NCBI GenBank assembly: GCA_039589315.1
Contig: JBDHHQ010000129.1
Coordinates: 1 to 11,409 of the forward strand
From: Gemmatimonadota bacterium
GTDB taxonomy: Bacteria; Gemmatimonadota; Gemmatimonadetes; Longimicrobiales; Gaopeijiaceae
DNA length: 11,409 nt
Direction: 5' to 3'
Part shown: positions 1 through 7,920 of the stretch, piece by piece
How positions within the stretch are numbered: the stretch's first letter is position 1
Layout: each line of letters starts with the position of its first letter
Translations under genes and position numbers: made by a program
Notes under the pieces: model-generated
Seen by the model: the letters and a program-made list of their open reading frames with translations, nothing else
Databases searched by the model: none
What the model was told of the DNA's origin: nothing

Positions 1-234
1 ACCGTAGCGGATGGGACGCTGGTGGTCGTGCGCGCGAACGAGACGGACCAGGGCGCGCTGTCGCAGGCTGTCGAGCAACTCAGGCGGGTGAACGCCAACC
101 TCGTGGGGATCGTCCTCAACGACGTGCCGCTCGACAACGTCGGCTACTCCTCGTACTACGACTCCTACTACGATGGGGAGCGGGAGGACACGCGGACGCG
201 TCACTTGCTCCGCTCCGGGGGCCGTAGCGCCTGA
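1..234 (+). CDS. C-terminal fragment of a polysaccharide-biosynthesis tyrosine autokinase (BY-kinase, Wzc/CpsD/CapB family); 5' end lies outside the window
   Basis: Frame 1 is open from base 1: TVADGTLVVVRANET...AVEQLRRVNANLVGIVLND, the typical 'DGxxxVVR...GxVLN' end of BY-kinases. It is followed by a Tyr cluster (GYSSYYDSYY). Stop TGA at 232-234. Confidence 0.88.
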   Translation, partial: TVADGTLVVVRANETDQGALSQAVEQLRRVNANLVGIVLNDVPLDNVGYSSYYDSYYDGEREDTRTRHLLRSGGRSA

Positions 235-309
235 ACTGATCGAGGGTGGCTGAACGCCGTCGCCCGGAGCCGAGGGCTGCAGCGGTGATCCGGTCACTGA
301 GGAACGCGA

Positions 310-1833
310 GTGGAGCAACTCCCTCTCAAGACGCATTGGTACACCGATCGGGGCCGACGCCCGTCCAACGAGGACGCCGTAATCGTCGAGGCTCTCTTCG
401 GTGACCGAGACCTCGTAGCCGTCGCGGACGGTATGGGAGGCCACGCGGGCGGGGAGGTCGCGAGCGGCAAGGCGCTGGAGACGCTGCTGAGCTGTCTCGA
501 ATCCAGCAACGACCTGGCAGGAGCGATCCGAGAAGCCAACACCGCACTCCAACGGGCCTCCGAAGCCAATCCGGAATGGCGCGGGATGGGCACGACCCTG
601 GTCGCGCTCCTGCGGGTGGGCGAGAGATACTACGTCGCCAACGTGGGTGACAGCCGCGCCTACCGGATCGACGCCGACGGCATCCGACGGATCACCGAGG
701 ACCATTCCTTCACCGCCGAAGCCGTGAGCAGCGGCAGGCTCTCCGAGGACGAGGCCGAACGGTCGCCATGGCGCAACGCCCTGACCCGCGCCGTCGGCAC
801 CGACGCCGAGGTCGAGGTGGACGTGTTCGGCCCCTTCGAGCTGGAGCCGCCCCACGTCGTGGTGCTGTGTACCGACGGGCTGTACCGGGTGATGAGCGAC
901 GAGGAGCTGGGCAGCGAGGTCCTGTCGGGACGCGAGCGCGTCGACGGCGCGAGGGATCTGGTGGCGAACGCGCTCCGTCGTGGCTCTAGCGACAACATCT
1001 CGGTGGCGCTGGTCGAGTTCGGCGATCCGACCGCGCTGAAGTCCGTGGAGGTGCAGAGCGCGGCGGGGGCAGCACCGGTCGCCGCACCGCCGCCTGTTCA
1101 CGCCGACGCCCTGCGGACCATCGAGGCAGAGGCGGAGGTCGAAGTCGCCCCGGGTTCCGTCGAGGCCCAAGAGTCTGCGCCCGAGCCAGTCGAGGAAGAC
1201 CGCGTGCCAGGGACGGCTGGTGATGGCGATCCCGATGCGAGCCTCGTCGCCCCGCCGGAATCGACGGCCGAGGATCCCATCCCGCTGGTGTCGTCACAGG
1301 AGGCGTCCCTGGAAGCGCCCACCGAAGGGGTGCCCAGCGAGCCGGCACCCATGGAGCGGGGGCCCGTAGAGCCGGTGCCCGGGGAGGAAGCGCCCGTAGA
1401 GGAGGTGCCGATCGCGGAGGCGCCCGTAGAGGAGGTGCCCAGCGAGCCGGCGCCTGTCGAGGAGGAGCCCGCCGCGACCGGGGACGCGTTCGACCTCGAA
1501 GCGGGTCCCGCTTTGTCGGGACAGCCGGTGTCATCCGCCCCGACCGGGCCCGCCGCCAGCCGACCCGGCACCGAGTCGGCCGGCGGCTCGGCGACACCCA
1601 GCGCAACCGTCGATTCCGAGCCGGCAGCGGTGCCCGAGGAGCCGCCCATCCAAGAGGCGCACGTCACCTCCTCGCACCGCAAGGCGAAGCCGGCTCGGCC
1701 ACATCACAAGCGTCGCCCGCCGCGTCAACCCCGCAAGCTCCCGTCCTGGGTCAAGCGTGAGGCCGTCCCTGCGGCGATTCTGGTGCTGGGGACCTTGGCC
1801 ATCGTCTACGTGCTCACTTCGGTCTTCGGCTAG
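310..1833 (+). CDS. PP2C/PPM family Ser/Thr protein phosphatase (Stp1/PrpC-like) with long Pro/Glu-rich linker and C-terminal transmembrane anchor
   Basis: PPM motifs GRRPSNED, VADGMGGHAGGEVAS, GMGTT, NVGDSRAY, TEDHS, RNALTRAVG, LCTDGL and SSDNIS lie in aa ~1-237. An acidic low-complexity linker, a basic patch and a hydrophobic tail (AILVLGTLAIVYVLTSVFG) follow. GTG start with GAGGAA upstream. Confidence 0.93.
   Translation: MEQLPLKTHWYTDRGRRPSNEDAVIVEALFGDRDLVAVADGMGGHAGGEVASGKALETLLSCLESSNDLAGAIREANTALQRASEANPEWRGMGTTLVALLRVGERYYVANVGDSRAYRIDADGIRRITEDHSFTAEAVSSGRLSEDEAERSPWRNALTRAVGTDAEVEVDVFGPFELEPPHVVVLCTDGLYRVMSDEELGSEVLSGRERVDGARDLVANALRRGSSDNISVALVEFGDPTALKSVEVQSAAGAAPVAAPPPVHADALRTIEAEAEVEVAPGSVEAQESAPEPVEEDRVPGTAGDGDPDASLVAPPESTAEDPIPLVSSQEASLEAPTEGVPSEPAPMERGPVEPVPGEEAPVEEVPIAEAPVEEVPSEPAPVEEEPAATGDAFDLEAGPALSGQPVSSAPTGPAASRPGTESAGGSATPSATVDSEPAAVPEEPPIQEAHVTSSHRKAKPARPHHKRRPPRQPRKLPSWVKREAVPAAILVLGTLAIVYVLTSVFG
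1312..1476 (+). repeat. Degenerate 15-nt coding tandem repeat (11 xxPxE-type pentapeptides) inside the phosphatase linker
   Basis: EAPTE GVPSE PAPME RGPVE PVPGE EAPVE EVPIA EAPVE EVPSE PAPVE EEPAA. Exact 20-mer gcgcccgtagaggaggtgcc at 1390 and 1420. Exact 18-mer ggtgcccagcgagccggc at 1329 and 1434, 105 nt (7x15) apart. Confidence 0.85.
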
Positions 1834-2189
1834 CCTTTCCGACCGGCCGGGGTCGGCGCTCCCGCGCCTTACCGCCGCCGTAGGATTCTTACACCGGCCC
1901 GCTCCCCGATCCCGATCATTCGTGGCCTTGCTCCCGACGCCGTTGTGCGGCCGCAACATGCGGAGCGCACAGGCCCGCGGCAGCGGTCGAGAACCGAGGG
2001 GGCCCGGGAGGCCCGAACTGCCCAGCGAACAAGGCGTTTCGGTGCTTCCCGCCTTCCGATGGAGCAGAATGGCCCAGGCCAACGGGGCGGGTACGGATCT
2101 TGACCCCACGGTTGGGCGCCGGCGTCGTGCGTCCGGTCCCGGCAATCGGGGTGACGCCAACCCGGCTCGGCACAGTGGAGGGGATTGTC

Positions 2190-2699
2190 ATGGCACTCGT
2201 TGTGATCGGGAACGCGGATTCGCCGACATCGACGGCTTCCTCGGGTCATCCTGGGAATCGTGCGCTGCGGACGGCTGCGCACCGCGTCGCCAATGATCTG
2301 CACATGGTGCAGATCCTCAGCCGAAAAGCCCTGATCGGCGACGGCCTGTCCCCGGAGGTTCGGGTTGCGGTGGGCGAGGCATTCCTTCTCCACGTTTGGA
2401 GCCTGCGAGAGTTCTTCTACGGGAGACGACAGTCCGGCCGCGGCGTGGTAGCCGCCGACTTCTTTGGCGCGTCCACGGAGTGGGAGTCGCGGCGTCCGCC
2501 GCTGCCAACGGCCCTGGGACGCGACTGGCTTCGCCTTTCAGGCGCGGTCGAGCCGGTGTCCCAGACGGACCCGTCGTCCGCGCGCAAGGACGCGCGTTGT
2601 CCGTATTACAGGCTGACGACGGAGCTCATCGAGCTCAATCAGGCGTTCGTGGCTGCGCTTCCGCCGCGACAGGCCGTCTGGTTCGCGACGGCCGCCTGA
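2190..2699 (+). CDS. Hypothetical protein (~169 aa), possibly a degenerate HEPN-like helical domain
   Basis: ATG 2190 preceded by GGAGGG; GC3-rich codons. Contains EAFLLHVWSLREFFY...VVAADFF, which resembles from memory the 'ExFLxHxRxLxxFF...AxDF' pattern of uncharacterised helical proteins. The family call is inference. Confidence 0.65.
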   Translation: MALVVIGNADSPTSTASSGHPGNRALRTAAHRVANDLHMVQILSRKALIGDGLSPEVRVAVGEAFLLHVWSLREFFYGRRQSGRGVVAADFFGASTEWESRRPPLPTALGRDWLRLSGAVEPVSQTDPSSARKDARCPYYRLTTELIELNQAFVAALPPRQAVWFATAA

Positions 2700-2915
2700 T
2701 CCGGCGGGTGCGGGAGGACTACACGACTCCCTGGCGCATACCGCGCGGGGAGGCTCCCAACGCGTTTGGCGCCCCACTTGCCCCTGCCGCCCAGGTGCGT
2801 CCACTCTTTCCGCCCTATCCCCGGTTCCTTTCGGGGAGGTAGCCGACGCACCGGCACGGGAGGCGGCATCACGCATACGTCGGAGTCACCCCCCCGCGAC
2901 GGTCGTCGGTGGAGG

Positions 2916-4100
2916 ATGCTCCTCCTCCTTTCCTTTGCCGAGCTGGGCGGCATGTCGGTGTGGTTCACGGCCAGTGCTGCCGCCCCCGAGCTGCAGGCGA
3001 TCTGGGGCCTCTCCACTGTGGAAAGCGGATGGCTGACGACGGTGGTTCAGCTCGGCTTCGTGGTGGGCACCGCCCTGGCAGCCGTCCTCAATCTCGCCGA
3101 TGTCGTCCCGTCCAGGCTCTATCTCCCGGCGTCGGCCTTTCTCGCTGCAGGAGCCAATGCCGCGCTGCTCCTCGTGGACGGGTTCGCCGCGGCGCTGACG
3201 GTCCGTTTCCTCACGGGCTTCTTCCTCGCCGGCGTCTATCCGCCGGGCATGAAGATGATCTCCACCTGGTTCCGATCCGCGCGAGGCATGGCCATCGGGA
3301 CCGTGGTCGGCGCGCTGACGGTGGGCAAGGCGATCCCCTATCTGCTCAAGGCCATGGGGGGACCCGGGCTCGACATCGTCGTCCTCGGCGCCTCGACCGC
3401 CGCGGTCGTGGGTGGAGGACTGGTTCTGCTCGTCTACCGGGAAGGTCCGTTCTCCTTCCCGAGACGGCCGTTCTCGTGGGGGCTCGTCGCTCGGGTGCTA
3501 CGCCACCGGGAGACACGCCTGGCCACCGCCGGGTACCTGGGTCACATGTGGGAGCTATACGCCGTCTGGACCTGGGTGCCGGCCTTTCTCCTGGCCAGCG
3601 CGGCCGCTCACGAGGCAGCGGGGGGTAGCGCTCCCTCTGTCGCGACCGTGGACCTGGTCGCCTTCTGCGCGATCGCACTGGGTGGCGTGGGCTGCGCGTG
3701 GGGCGGGAAGGTAGCCGACCGGGTGGGGCGGGAGCGGTTCGCCAACCGTGCCATGCTGGTGAGCGGCTCCTGCTGCCTCGTGGCCGGCGTGCTTTTCGGC
3801 GGCAACTTCTGGGTCCTGGCGGTGCTCACGTGGATCTGGGGCGTGTTCGTCGTCGCCGATTCCGCTCAGTTCAGCGCGCTGGTGACGGAGGTCGCACCGC
3901 CCGAGGCCGTGGGCACGGCCCTGACACTACAGACGTCCATGGGCTTCCTGCTCACCATGGCCTCCATCCAGGGGGTGCCGTGGGCGGCGGAGACCTTCGG
4001 CTGGTCGTGGGCCTTCACGGGGCTCGCGCTGGGACCCGCCGTCGGCATCGCCGCCATGCTGAGGCTGGCGCGTCTGCGGCGGGCGGTGCCCAACCCCTGA
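2916..4100 (+). CDS. MFS transporter (about 12 TM), substrate unknown; true start may be slightly upstream
   Basis: Serial hydrophobic helices; VRFLTGFFLAGVYPPGMKMISTWF; GYLGHMWELYAVW; motif-A-like GKVADRVGR; DSAQFSAL. First ATG is at 2916, but the frame is open back to 2766. Confidence 0.9.
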   Translation: MLLLLSFAELGGMSVWFTASAAAPELQAIWGLSTVESGWLTTVVQLGFVVGTALAAVLNLADVVPSRLYLPASAFLAAGANAALLLVDGFAAALTVRFLTGFFLAGVYPPGMKMISTWFRSARGMAIGTVVGALTVGKAIPYLLKAMGGPGLDIVVLGASTAAVVGGGLVLLVYREGPFSFPRRPFSWGLVARVLRHRETRLATAGYLGHMWELYAVWTWVPAFLLASAAAHEAAGGSAPSVATVDLVAFCAIALGGVGCAWGGKVADRVGRERFANRAMLVSGSCCLVAGVLFGGNFWVLAVLTWIWGVFVVADSAQFSALVTEVAPPEAVGTALTLQTSMGFLLTMASIQGVPWAAETFGWSWAFTGLALGPAVGIAAMLRLARLRRAVPNP

Positions 4101-4117
4101 CCGGCCCGGCCGCGGCC

Positions 4118-5707
4118 CTACGGGGCCACCCCACCCGGCTGCAGGGTCCGCTCGACCATTCCCAGCGCCCCGTCCACCAGGAGGGCCAGCAGTGCCGCCG
4201 GGATGGCGCCCGACAGGATCATGCGGCTGTCTGCCAGGGCCAGACCCGACACGATGGGGTCGCCGAGTCCGCCGGCGCCGATGAACGCCGCGAGCGTTGC
4301 GGTGCCCACTGTGATGACCGCGGCCGTACGGACGCCCGCCATGATGATCGGGGCGGCGAGGGGCAGGCGGACCTGAGCGAGCACCTGGCCTGCCGTCATG
4401 CCCAACGAGGTGGCGGCGTCGACGGCCACCGGATCGGCATCTCGAACACCGGAGTACGTGTTCCGCAGGATGGGGAACAGCGAGTAGAGGAACAGAGCCA
4501 CCAGAGCGGGCATCACACCGATCCCGATCAGCGGTATCATGAAGGCCAGGAGCGCGATGCTGGGCACCGTCTGGAGAATACCGATCGCCCGGATCACACC
4601 CTCGGCCCGGGGAGGTGACGCCCGCTCCAGGGCCAGGCCCAGGGGCACCGCTACCAGGATCGCGGCCAGGAGGGACACGGCCACCAGGAACAGGTGGCGA
4701 AGCGTGAGGCTGAGCAACTCACCCCGGCGAAGCCACAGATACCGCAGCAGGCCGTCATCGGCGGAGACTTGGACCGTGGCAGCGGTCGCTCCTCCCACGA
4801 GATCGAGGGCCCGCACGGCGTCTGCCGCCACCCTCGCCACGTCTTCACCGTCGACCTCGACCCGCAGATTCCAGGCGCGCATGGTAGCCTCCTCGATCCG
4901 GCCGCTGAGCTCGGTGAGGACGGCGATGACCTCCGGTCGTTCCTCCCACAGGTCCGGGCCCACGAGCGCCGCGGCCTCGTAGGCAGGGAAGAACGCCCGA
5001 TCGTCCTCGAGGACCACCAGGTCGTAGCGCTCGATGAAGCCGTCGGTCGCGTATCCGTCGATCACGTCCACGGCTCGAGTGGCCAGGGCCTCGTATTTGA
5101 CCGCCTGGAGCAACGCCCGGACGTCGCCGGGGCGAAGGCCGTAGGCTCGCTCGAGCCCAGGGAGGCCGTCCTCCCGGCCGATGAAGTCGGGCGATAGGCC
5201 GGCGATGAGCTGCGGCGCCGCCCGAGCCAGGTCACTGAGGGTTCTCAGGCCGAGGCTGTCCGCCGTTTCCCGGCGCACGGCGATGGCGTAGGTGTTCTGA
5301 AAGCCCAGCGGCGGGAGCCAATGGACGCCCCACCGCCGCTGGAACTCCGTGGCCACCCTGCCGAAGGTGGCGCGGGCGGAGCCCGTGGGCGTCTCGTCGA
5401 GGATCGCGAGGAGGCCCGTGCCCGTGTACTCCGGATACACGTCGATTGCGCCGCTCGTCAGGGCCCCGAACGACACCTCCGTGGAGCCCAGGCCCGGGCG
5501 GCGGTCCACCGCATATCCCCGCGCCTCGAGAAGCTGAGAGAACATCTCTGCGAGGAGGTACGACTCGCCGAAGGGCTTCGACGCGACCACCACTGGCGCG
5601 TCGCTCTGTGTCTGCCCCGAGGCGGGCCCCGGACCCACCGCGTCGAGGCCTATGAGCAAGGCGGGCAGCGCCAAGCGATTCACGGCAAGTAGACCGCGTC
5701 GCTTCAC
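4118..5707 (-). CDS. ABC importer substrate-binding/permease fusion, glycine betaine/choline (Opu/OsmX/EgtU) family; SBP N-terminal, permease C-terminal
   Basis: Signal-like N-terminus. SBP motifs SKPFGES, YPEYTGT, GFQNTYAIAV, FIGREDG, DGYATDG, FFPAY. Permease motifs QTVPSIALLA, the EAA-like loop VDAATSLGMT, RLPLAAPIIMAGVRTA and IGAGGLG. GTG start overlaps the ATPase stop (GTGA, 5704-5707). Confidence 0.93.
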   Translation of the reverse strand: MKRRGLLAVNRLALPALLIGLDAVGPGPASGQTQSDAPVVVASKPFGESYLLAEMFSQLLEARGYAVDRRPGLGSTEVSFGALTSGAIDVYPEYTGTGLLAILDETPTGSARATFGRVATEFQRRWGVHWLPPLGFQNTYAIAVRRETADSLGLRTLSDLARAAPQLIAGLSPDFIGREDGLPGLERAYGLRPGDVRALLQAVKYEALATRAVDVIDGYATDGFIERYDLVVLEDDRAFFPAYEAAALVGPDLWEERPEVIAVLTELSGRIEEATMRAWNLRVEVDGEDVARVAADAVRALDLVGGATAATVQVSADDGLLRYLWLRRGELLSLTLRHLFLVAVSLLAAILVAVPLGLALERASPPRAEGVIRAIGILQTVPSIALLAFMIPLIGIGVMPALVALFLYSLFPILRNTYSGVRDADPVAVDAATSLGMTAGQVLAQVRLPLAAPIIMAGVRTAAVITVGTATLAAFIGAGGLGDPIVSGLALADSRMILSGAIPAALLALLVDGALGMVERTLQPGGVAP

Positions 5708-6462
5708 GTCGCCTCTCCGACTCGTGCGCGCCGGACCAGCTGGGCCACGTAGGCCGTGGCGGGCTCGCCTCGGATCTCCCCTGGGGCGCCGAGCTGGTGG
5801 ATGGTGCCATCGCGCATTACGGCCACACGATCGGCGAGCAGGAATGCCTCCTGAAGGTCATGGGTCACCAGGAGCACGGTCACGCCCAACCGGTCCCGCA
5901 GCGCCGCGAAGGTCTCGTGGAGGTCGGTTCGCGTGATGGCGTCCAGGGCGCCGAACGGCTCGTCCATCAAGAGCACGTCAGGATGGCTCGCGAGGGCCCG
6001 GGCGATGGCTACCCGTTGGCGCTGACCACCCGATAGCTCGGTGGGCCAGCGGTCACCGTATTCCTTGGCAGGGAGCCCGACGAGGTCGAGGGCCCAACGG
6101 GCGCGATCCTCGGCATCCTCCATGTCCCGGAGCATAGGGACCATCGCGGCGTTGCGGAGGATGCTCCAGTGGGGCAAGAGTCCCCCCTCCTGTTGCACGA
6201 ACCCTGTCTCGCGGCGAAGCCGGATCGGATCCAGCCGGAGGACATCACGACCCTTGATCCGGACCAGCCCGTGATCCGGTTCCACGGTCCGGTTGAAGCA
6301 CCTGAGCAGGGTGGTCTTGCCCGACCCGCTTTCTCCCACCAGGGCCACGCACGCGCCGGCTTCGACCCGCAGCTCGACCCCCGCCAAAGCCGCGACGCTT
6401 CCGTAGCTCTTGCGTACGTCCTGGGCCTCGAGGGCACAGGACGGAGTCAGCTCACTCTCCAT
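5704..6462 (-). CDS. ABC transporter ATP-binding subunit (OpuA/ProV/OsmV-like), no CBS domains
   Basis: Walker A GESGSGKT, signature LSGGQRQRV, Walker B LLMDEPFGALD, H-loop VTHD. About 252 aa from ATG 6462; ends shortly after the NBD. Confidence 0.95.
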   Translation of the reverse strand: MESELTPSCALEAQDVRKSYGSVAALAGVELRVEAGACVALVGESGSGKTTLLRCFNRTVEPDHGLVRIKGRDVLRLDPIRLRRETGFVQQEGGLLPHWSILRNAAMVPMLRDMEDAEDRARWALDLVGLPAKEYGDRWPTELSGGQRQRVAIARALASHPDVLLMDEPFGALDAITRTDLHETFAALRDRLGVTVLLVTHDLQEAFLLADRVAVMRDGTIHQLGAPGEIRGEPATAYVAQLVRRARVGEAT

Positions 6463-6538
6463 CGGGTAGCTGCTCGGCCGCGGCGGGGTTAGCTTCGATC
6501 GGGCCCGCAAGAGACTCTCTGCAAGACCGATTTCCCCT

Positions 6539-7861
6539 ATGAGCTTGTATCAAGGAAGTGACCTCGGGGCACCGGAAATCGCGGCGCTCCTGGCCGAGGC
6601 CCGTGCCCGCACGCGAGCGCTCGTGGCTCCCCTGGCCGAGGACGAACTGTCGGCTCAGCACAGTCGGCTCATGAGCCCGATCATGTGGGACCTGGGTCAC
6701 ATCGGGCACTTCGAGGAGGTGTGGCTGCTGGAGAACCTGGCCACCGGCGGAAGCGGCTCCGAAGGTCTCCGAGGCGTCTACAACCCCTTCGAGAATCCCC
6801 GATCGTCCCGGGGCGAGTTGCAGCTGCCGACGCGGGCGGAGTGCTTCCAGTACCAGGACGCGGTGCGGGGTGCCGTGCTGGCGCATCTGGACGCTGGGCG
6901 AGGCAACGGCGGGTCGCAGCTTCAGGCGGACGGGTTCGTATACAGGATGGTGGCTCAGCACGAATACCAACATAACGAGACCATTCTCCAGACGCTCCAG
7001 TTGATGAAGGGCCGGCCGTATCCGGCTCCCCGGGCCGTCCAGGTGCCCGATCCCCCTTCCGGGAACCCGGGAGACTCGTCCATGGTTCGGTTCCCTGGTG
7101 GACGGGTCGGGCTCGGCACCGACGACCGGAGCGCCGCCTGGGACAACGAGCGGCCCCGGCACTCGGTAGATCTCGGACCGTTCTGGATCGACGCCACACC
7201 GGTGACGAACGGGGCGTACCTGCGCTTCATGGCCGAGGGCGGCTACGGGCGCCGTGAATACTGGTCCGACGCCGGTTGGCGATGGCTCGAGGAGGCGGGC
7301 GTCGAGGCTCCCATGCATTGGACTCGCGAGGGGGGGACCTGGAGCGAGCGGGTGATGGACCGGGAAAGGCCCGTCGATGCGACCCGGCCGGTGTGCCACG
7401 TCTGCTTCCATGAGGCCGAGGCGTACGCCCGGTGGGCGGACAAGCGCCTTCCGACCGAGGCGGAGTGGGAGGCGGCCGCGTGTTGGAGCGTCGAAGAGGT
7501 CCGGCAGCTGCGCTACCCCTGGGGTGACGCAGACCCCACCGCCGTGCACGCGAATCTCGACGTCCTGGCTTTCGACACGGCTCCGGTTTGGGCCTACCCA
7601 CTGAATGTCTCGCCGACCGGGTGCTACGGGATGATCGGTGACGTGTGGGAGTGGACCTCGTCGGACTTCGTGGCGTACCCGCGCTACGAAGCGTTTCCGT
7701 ACAAGGAGTATTCCGAGGTCTTCTTCGGCGACGAGTACAAGGTCCTGAGAGGGGGCTCCTGGGCCACTCGCCCGGGCGCGGTCCGGGGCACGTTCAGGAA
7801 CTGGGACTACCCGATCCGGCGCCAGATCTTCAGCGGATTCCGGTGTGCGCGTGACGGCTGA
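6539..7861 (+). CDS. egtB: Ergothioneine biosynthesis sulfoxide synthase EgtB (type I-like; DinB_2 + FGE-sulfatase domains)
   Basis: MSPIMWDLGHIG and QHEYQHNET (three Fe-binding His), PRSSR (RxxR), DNERP, RLPTEAEWE, GDVWEW, catalytic-Tyr region FPYKEYS, LRGGSW, FRNWDYPIRRQIFSGFRCA. Confidence 0.95.
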   Translation: MSLYQGSDLGAPEIAALLAEARARTRALVAPLAEDELSAQHSRLMSPIMWDLGHIGHFEEVWLLENLATGGSGSEGLRGVYNPFENPRSSRGELQLPTRAECFQYQDAVRGAVLAHLDAGRGNGGSQLQADGFVYRMVAQHEYQHNETILQTLQLMKGRPYPAPRAVQVPDPPSGNPGDSSMVRFPGGRVGLGTDDRSAAWDNERPRHSVDLGPFWIDATPVTNGAYLRFMAEGGYGRREYWSDAGWRWLEEAGVEAPMHWTREGGTWSERVMDRERPVDATRPVCHVCFHEAEAYARWADKRLPTEAEWEAAACWSVEEVRQLRYPWGDADPTAVHANLDVLAFDTAPVWAYPLNVSPTGCYGMIGDVWEWTSSDFVAYPRYEAFPYKEYSEVFFGDEYKVLRGGSWATRPGAVRGTFRNWDYPIRRQIFSGFRCARDG

Positions 7862-7920
7862 TCCTAGATGGACCTGACGCCGCATCTGCCGAGGGGTCTG
7901 CAGTAGACGAGGAGGACGTG

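Noticed and set aside
1312..1476. Repeats as a CRISPR array
   Set aside because: In-frame degenerate coding repeats with no unique spacers and no cas genes.
1839..1870. Hairpins after the phosphatase stop as an intrinsic terminator
   Set aside because: Only 5-6 bp stems and no U-tract.
2014..2165. ECF-like promoter (GAAC-N16-CGTT, 2015-2038) and stem ggcgtc/gacgcc as a riboswitch upstream of 2190
   Set aside because: Short matches expected by chance at this GC; no recognisable riboswitch consensus.
5690..5707. KRRGLL as a Tat signal on the SBP-permease fusion
   Set aside because: Only a partial match to S/T-RRxFL; a Sec-type signal explains it equally well.
6539..7861. Selenoneine synthase SenA or ovothiol synthase OvoA instead of EgtB
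   Set aside because: It has the type I EgtB NWDxxxR and RxxR motifs, no C-terminal methyltransferase domain, and no senB/senC in the window; egtC and egtD are adjacent.
6452..7885. 477-aa antisense ORF, and similar shadow ORFs such as 10060-11109, 3698-4618 and 1098-1682
   Set aside because: They overlap well-supported genes, show no motifs, and are expected in high-GC DNA where stops are rare.
7868..7906. 12-aa mini-ORF MDLTPHLPRGLQ between egtB and egtD
   Set aside because: No RBS and no informative composition; cannot be distinguished from chance.
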